From positions 562-64,561 of the forward strand of contig JAYVNO010000207.1 of NCBI GenBank assembly GCA_043758415.1: 64,000 bases of DNA, read 5' to 3'. Of the stretch, positions 58,867 to 64,000 are shown in pieces; within the stretch, counting starts at the first letter, position 1, and each line of letters opens with the position of its first letter. Below the pieces are notes generated by a model. That model made no database searches and was not told where the DNA came from. It saw only the letters and a list, made by a program, of their open reading frames with translations. This DNA comes from Burkholderiales bacterium. GTDB lineage: Bacteria > Pseudomonadota > Gammaproteobacteria > Burkholderiales > Casimicrobiaceae. A program made the translations under genes and the position numbers.

Positions 58867-60258
58867 ATGCGGCTCGTTGGTCGCAGAGTCGGCGCTGATC
58901 GCAGCGGGGATCGTGCGATCGCGGTGCATAACCCGTACACCGAAAAGCAGATCGGAACCGTGCCGAAAGCGACGCTCGAGGAGGTGCGCGGCACCTATGC
59001 CGCGATGCACGCCTACCGGTCGACACTCACGCGCTTTGACCGAGCCGCCATTCTCAACCGCGCAGCGGACATCGCGAAGCGACGACAAGCTGAAATTGCC
59101 CGGCTGATTTCCGCTGAGGCTGGTCTCTGCGTGAAAGACGCCGTATACGAGGCCGGTCGCGTGAGCGACGTTTTTCTGTTCGGTGCCAACGAAGTGCTTA
59201 AGGATGACGGCCAGATTTTCAGTTGCGATTTGACACATCACGGCAAGAAGCGGCGCGTCTTTACGCAGCGCTCACCGCTACTGGGCGTCATCACGGCCAT
59301 CACGCCGTTCAATCACCCGATGAATCAGGTGGCGCACAAAGTGGTGCCGAGCGTGGCGACCAATAATCGCATGCTGTTGAAGCCATCGGAGAAAGTACCA
59401 TTTTCGGCCATCCTGCTGGCGGACTTTCTGTATGAAGCGGGCTTGCCGCCGGAAATGCTCAGCGTGATTACCGGAGACCCTCGCGAAATTGCGGATGAGC
59501 TGCTCACGAACGTTCACGTTGATCTGATTACGTTCACGGGCGGAGTTTCGATTGGCAAATACATTGCTAGTAAAGCGGGCTATCGGCGCATCGTGCTGGA
59601 GCTGGGCGGCAACGACCCCATTATCGTGATGGAAGACGCCGACATCGACGAGGCGTCAACACTTGCGGTGCAGGGATCCTACAAAAATTCCGGCCAGCGC
59701 TGTACTGCGATCAAGCGTATGCTGGTGCATGAATCGGTCGCCAATGAGTTTGTTGAGCAGGTGGTGGCCAAGACTCGTACGTGGTCTTACGGCGACCCCT
59801 CCGATCCCAAACTCGACATGGGCGCGGTGATTGATGAGCCTGCCGAGCAGCGCTTCGAATCTCGTGTCAATGAAGCCATCGCGCAGGGCGCAAAACTACT
59901 GGCGGGCAATGTTCGTCGCGGCGCACTGTACTCGCCAACGGTGCTTGATCAGGTGCGACCCGAGATGACCGTTGTGATGCAGGAGACCTTCGGTCCGGTG
60001 TCACCCATCATTCGCATCGCGGACGGAACCGCATACGGGTTGTCCAGCGCCGTATGCACTAATCGTCTTGACTACATCACGCGCTTCGTCAGCGATCTTG
60101 AAGTCGGTACGGTGAACGTGCGCGAGGTGCCCGGCTATCGGCTTGAGTTAACCCCGTTCGGTGGTATCAAGGACTCCGGGCTTGGCTACAAGGAAGGCGT
60201 GCAGGAGGCCATCAAAAGCTTCACCAATATCAAAACGTATTCGCTGCCGTGGGTGTAG
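58867..60258 (+). CDS. phnY: Phosphonoacetaldehyde dehydrogenase (short internal deletion suspected)
   Basis: IFSCDLTHHGKKRRVF, ITPFNHPMNQVAHK, LELGGND, SGQRCTA, PFGGIKDSGLGYKEGVQEA; next to phnA. Confidence 0.88.
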   Translation: MRLVGRRVGADRSGDRAIAVHNPYTEKQIGTVPKATLEEVRGTYAAMHAYRSTLTRFDRAAILNRAADIAKRRQAEIARLISAEAGLCVKDAVYEAGRVSDVFLFGANEVLKDDGQIFSCDLTHHGKKRRVFTQRSPLLGVITAITPFNHPMNQVAHKVVPSVATNNRMLLKPSEKVPFSAILLADFLYEAGLPPEMLSVITGDPREIADELLTNVHVDLITFTGGVSIGKYIASKAGYRRIVLELGGNDPIIVMEDADIDEASTLAVQGSYKNSGQRCTAIKRMLVHESVANEFVEQVVAKTRTWSYGDPSDPKLDMGAVIDEPAEQRFESRVNEAIAQGAKLLAGNVRRGALYSPTVLDQVRPEMTVVMQETFGPVSPIIRIADGTAYGLSSAVCTNRLDYITRFVSDLEVGTVNVREVPGYRLELTPFGGIKDSGLGYKEGVQEAIKSFTNIKTYSLPWV

Positions 60259-60485
60259 AGTCATGTGGTTGTGCCTTCAGAAAGCGCTGAACAAATTCAG
60301 TCCACTGCTAAACCGGCGAAGGCCGGTAGCCACGCCCTTAAGCGTTATCAACCACCTGCGCCGGGCGTGGACCCCGGCCCGATGTCACTCCGGTGCAGAC
60401 CGGGGCGGGTTGGCCATTTGTTCAGTACTTCCATGAATCTCGGCGTCACTTCGACTTCGCGCGACGCGCTTAGCGCATCAACGCC

Positions 60486-61327
60486 GTGACGCTAACGTGG
60501 CCAATTATCGCCATCGTGTTGTTCGGCGCGCTGCTGCATGCAAGCTGGAACGTGATGGTGAAGTCAAGCACCGACAAGGCGCTCGACACTGCACTCATTC
60601 ATTTGCTCGGCTCGTTCATCGCGCTGCCGCTGGTATTGATCATTGGTTGGCCGCCGGCCGCCGCGTGGCCGTACATCGTGACCTCGGTCATCATTCACAT
60701 TGCTTACTACGTTGCCTTGACGGGGCGTACAAGCACGGTGACATGGGACTGACCTACCCGTTGATGCGCGGCGCGGCACCTTTGCTGGTGGCGCTTTCGG
60801 CAGCGTTTACCTTCAACGAACCGGTGTCGTTACTGGCGTGGGCTGGCGTGATCGGTATCTGCGCGGGCGTGCTGGTGCTCGGCTTGAGTGGCCACGCGCT
60901 CGACAATCGGCGAGCGACGTATTTCGCTTTGGCAAATGCCGTGGTGATCGCTGCATACACCGTCGTTGATGCGCTGGGCGCACGCGCGTCCGGCAACGCG
61001 TTGCAATACGTCGTGGCGCTGTTCGTGTTGGATGGCTGGCCGTTCGCGGCGATGGTGTTGGCACGACGCGGTCGCGCTGCGTGGCCGTATGCGAAGGCGC
61101 AGTGGCCGATGGCGATGGGCGGCGCGTTAGCGTCGCTTGGCTCCTACGGGATCGCGCTGTGGGCCATGACTCGCGCGCCGGTTGCAACGGTTGCCGCGCT
61201 GCGCGAGACGTCGGTGTTGTTCGCCGCGTTACTCGGAAGCTGGTTGCTGAAGGAAAAATTTACGCCGCGTCGCGCGCTCGGTACCTGCGTGATTGTGGGC
61301 GGCGTAATGGCGTTGCGGCTGGGTTAA
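60486..61327 (+). pseudogene. EamA/DMT transporter, frameshifted at a G run near 60722-60725
   Basis: ALLHASWNVMVK...YYVALTG in one frame continues as AYKHGDMGLTYPLMRG...ALRETSV in another. Confidence 0.8.
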
Positions 61328-61563
61328 ATTTACGGAGCAGCTTTGCGATGTAATGACGGCGTTGCGGGGGTTAGCGACAGCTTATGCGAAAAGTCGATAA
61401 ACAGCTCATTTGCGCTTTATGCCCTGTGCAATGGACGTTTTAGAGAAAAGTTGATAAGCCGATTGAGCAGCGCAAAACTCGACGGTGAGTCGCAAAAATA
61501 GCGCTGGCTTAACCGTGACGACGATGCGTATTCTGAAGCAAGTCCTACGGAGAAATTGCTGAG

Positions 61564-63162
61564 ATGAGTCTTCCGTCACGCGCAGAGATCGTCATCGTTG
61601 GCGGCGGTATCGCGGGCTGCTCGACCGCGTATCACCTCGCAAAACTCGGCAAACGCGACGTGCTGCTGCTGGAGCAGGGCAAGCTCACCTGCGGCACCAC
61701 ATGGCATGCGGCGGGACTCATCGGGCAGATGCGCGCTAACCGCAACATGCCGAGCATGAGCAAATACGGCATTGAGCTGTACTCGACACTGGAAGCCGAA
61801 ACGGGCCTTGCAACGGGTTGGAAGCAGTGTGGCAGCGTTAACGTTGCCAGCACGCTTGAGCGCATGAAAGTGCTGCGAAAACAGGTGGCGTTGGCGAAGA
61901 GTTTTGGCGTGGATGTTGAGGAAATATCGCCGCAGCGGGCAGGCGAACGCTACCCCGTCATGCGCACCGACGACCTTCACGGCGCAATCTGGATTCCGGG
62001 CGACGGTAAGGCCAATCCGGCTGACCTTGCGATGTCGCTGGCGAAAGGCGGGCGCAATGGCGGCGTTCGAATCGTCGAAGCCATTGAGGTGACCGGCGTT
62101 GTCCGAGAGCGCGGTCGCGCTGTTTGCGTACGAACAGCTCAAGGCGACGTGCGCTGCGAGGTCGTGGTCAATTGCGGCGGCCAGTGGGCGCGCCAGTTCG
62201 GTCGGCTCGCAGGCGTCAATGTGCCGCTGTACTCGGCGGAGCATTTCTATGTCGTCACCGGCAAGATTGACGGCGTGCATCCGATGCTGCCGGTGATGCG
62301 TGACCCGGACGGCTTCATTTATTACAAAGAAGAAGTGGGTGGACTGGTGATGGGCGGCTTCGAGCCCAAAGCAAAACCGTGGAAGGTTGATCCGATTCCG
62401 TCGACGTTTCAGTTTGAATTATTGGGCGAGTATTGGGATCAATTTGAGCCATTGATGACCAACGCGATTCATCGCACGCCGTGCCTGGAAACGGCTGAGA
62501 TCAAGATGCTGCTCAACGGGCCTGAGAGCTTCACGCCGGATGGCAATTTCATCCTCGGCGAAGCACCGGAATTACGCAATTATTTTGTCTGCGCGGGATT
62601 CAATTCGGCGGGTATCGCCAATTCTGGCGGCGCAGGTCGATTGATTGCCGAATGGATTGTCGGCGGTGAGGAAAGCAGTGATTTGTGGGACGTCGACACT
62701 CGTCGCTTCGGCAGTTTCACCGGCAATCGCAAGGCGCTGTTTGATCGCACGGCAGAGACGTTGGGCCTGCACTACGCAATGCGCTGGCTGCGGCAGGAGC
62801 TTGAGACGCCGTGGGAGGCGGGCTTGAGCTACGCCGTGAAACTCGATAAACCTTCGCAGTTTATCGGCAAGGCGGCGTTGTTGAACGCGCAAAGCCAACC
62901 GCTGCGCAAGAAACTCGTCACCCTTGTGCTCGACTCGGCAGAACCGTTCGCCTGGGGCGGCGAAGCCATCGTTTTCGACGGTGAAACCGTCGGCGAGATT
63001 TCGTCCGTTGGCTGGAGCGTGCTTGCCAACGCATGCGTTGGGCTCGGCTACGTGCGTGGGGCAGGAGCGAACGCGCTGCATGACGGCACGGCGGCGCACA
63101 TTGAGCTGTGGGGGGACGCAGTTCCCGTCAAGCTTTATGATCGCTGGCCTCTACGTCAATAG
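61564..63162 (+). CDS. GcvT-family FAD-dependent oxidoreductase (sarcosine/dimethylglycine dehydrogenase-like), central folate-binding domain apparently deleted
   Basis: GGGIAG, GTTWHAAG, NGPESFTPDG, then an abrupt junction RQELETPWEAGL into the GcvT C-terminal domain. Confidence 0.8.
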   Translation: MSLPSRAEIVIVGGGIAGCSTAYHLAKLGKRDVLLLEQGKLTCGTTWHAAGLIGQMRANRNMPSMSKYGIELYSTLEAETGLATGWKQCGSVNVASTLERMKVLRKQVALAKSFGVDVEEISPQRAGERYPVMRTDDLHGAIWIPGDGKANPADLAMSLAKGGRNGGVRIVEAIEVTGVVRERGRAVCVRTAQGDVRCEVVVNCGGQWARQFGRLAGVNVPLYSAEHFYVVTGKIDGVHPMLPVMRDPDGFIYYKEEVGGLVMGGFEPKAKPWKVDPIPSTFQFELLGEYWDQFEPLMTNAIHRTPCLETAEIKMLLNGPESFTPDGNFILGEAPELRNYFVCAGFNSAGIANSGGAGRLIAEWIVGGEESSDLWDVDTRRFGSFTGNRKALFDRTAETLGLHYAMRWLRQELETPWEAGLSYAVKLDKPSQFIGKAALLNAQSQPLRKKLVTLVLDSAEPFAWGGEAIVFDGETVGEISSVGWSVLANACVGLGYVRGAGANALHDGTAAHIELWGDAVPVKLYDRWPLRQ

Positions 63163-63173
63163 ACAACACCATC

Positions 63174-63968
63174 ATGCTGCAAACGCCACCGGACTGGGTG
63201 CTTCGCCTGCGAGCCGCCGCCGATCAACCGCCGCTGCGCGAACGCATGTCTTTGCGCTGGGGGGGCATCGAAATTGGTCACGCCGAGAACGCGGTGTTGC
63301 AACAGATTGAGCGCGCGTTCAGCTATCAACGCCTGAAGGTGTTGCGGTACGACGTAGCGGGTTGGCATGTGGACGGCAATCTCACCGAGAGCCTCGCGCG
63401 AATTGCGCTCACCATGCGCGACTTGAACATTGCAGATAAGTGGCGCAATGAGCAATTGCCGGTGATCGACGGCGGCGAGCATGTGCTTGGCACCGTCGAG
63501 CGCGCGGCGGCGTATCCGCTAGGCCTGCGCACGCGGGCGGTGCATCTGGTGGGTGAAACGTCAGAGGGTCAGTTCTGGGTGCAGCAGCGCGCGATGAACA
63601 AGGCCAATGATCCAGGCCTTTGGGACACCCTGATGGGCGGCATGATCACCGCAGTGGACACGCTGGAAAGTGCGTTGGAGCGCGAGACTTGGGAGGAGGC
63701 AGGATTACGCATTCACGAGTTGTTCGGGCTGACCTACGGCGGCATGGTGCGCATTCATCGACCCACGACGGACGGCGTAGGCAGCTACATCAGCGAACGC
63801 ATCGACTGGTACCGCGCGACTATTCCAGCGGACAGTGCGCCGACCAATCAGGACGGCGAAGTCGCGCAGTTTGCCAAAGTGCCGCGTGAGTCGATGATGG
63901 CGGGCATTGCTGCCGGAAAGTTCACGCTGGAGGCGGGCTTGGTGACTGCGGCAGCGTTGGGCTATTGA
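63174..63968 (+). CDS. NUDIX hydrolase (DUF4743-like)
   Basis: WRNEQL, RAVHL, DPGLWDTLMGG and Nudix box LERETWEEAGL. Confidence 0.85.
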   Translation: MLQTPPDWVLRLRAAADQPPLRERMSLRWGGIEIGHAENAVLQQIERAFSYQRLKVLRYDVAGWHVDGNLTESLARIALTMRDLNIADKWRNEQLPVIDGGEHVLGTVERAAAYPLGLRTRAVHLVGETSEGQFWVQQRAMNKANDPGLWDTLMGGMITAVDTLESALERETWEEAGLRIHELFGLTYGGMVRIHRPTTDGVGSYISERIDWYRATIPADSAPTNQDGEVAQFAKVPRESMMAGIAAGKFTLEAGLVTAAALGY

Positions 63969-63971
63969 GCC

Positions 63972-63996
63972 GTAGGGTGGGCACCCCGTGCCCACC
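63972..63996. repeat. REP-like GTAGGGTGGGCAC...GTGCCCACC palindrome
   Basis: gtagggtgggcaccccgtgcccacc; degenerate relative at 58517-58553. Confidence 0.7.
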
Positions 63997-64000
63997 GGCC

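Noticed and set aside
61330-61563. Glycine riboswitch upstream of the GcvT-family gene
   Set aside because: No recognisable GGAGA...CCGAAG aptamer core or tandem structure.

Overview
Chromosomal window from a GC-rich bacterium; the protein styles suggest a betaproteobacterium (inference). Housekeeping blocks: rimP-nusA-infB-rbfA-truB, ycaO, mfd, clpB, cysH-cysD-cysN with a TauE/SafE exporter, tRNA-Ser(GGA). Accessory loci: (i) a compact patatin phospholipase + 949-aa caspase-like (CHAT) protein + ComEC-type metallo-beta-lactamase operon after truB, the best candidate for an undescribed protease-activated conflict/defence system; (ii) an AT-richer single gene fusing XRE-HTH, a PD-(D/E)xK nuclease, a P-loop NTPase and a long C-terminal region, divergent from a Fic gene across a strong palindrome; (iii) an ~8 kb element at tRNA-Ser with integrase, AlpA and TOPRIM-DUF927 primase-helicase but no packaging genes; (iv) a decaying phosphonate cluster (phnA, phnY, EamA, GcvT-family flavoprotein); (v) a VapBC-type TA pair, several pseudogene remnants and several dispersed palindromic repeat families, one inserted in frame inside mfd. 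A 22-codon uORF upstream of rbfA repeats RbfA's first nine residues using different synonymous codons. All assignments come from motif recognition by eye; no database searches were run.
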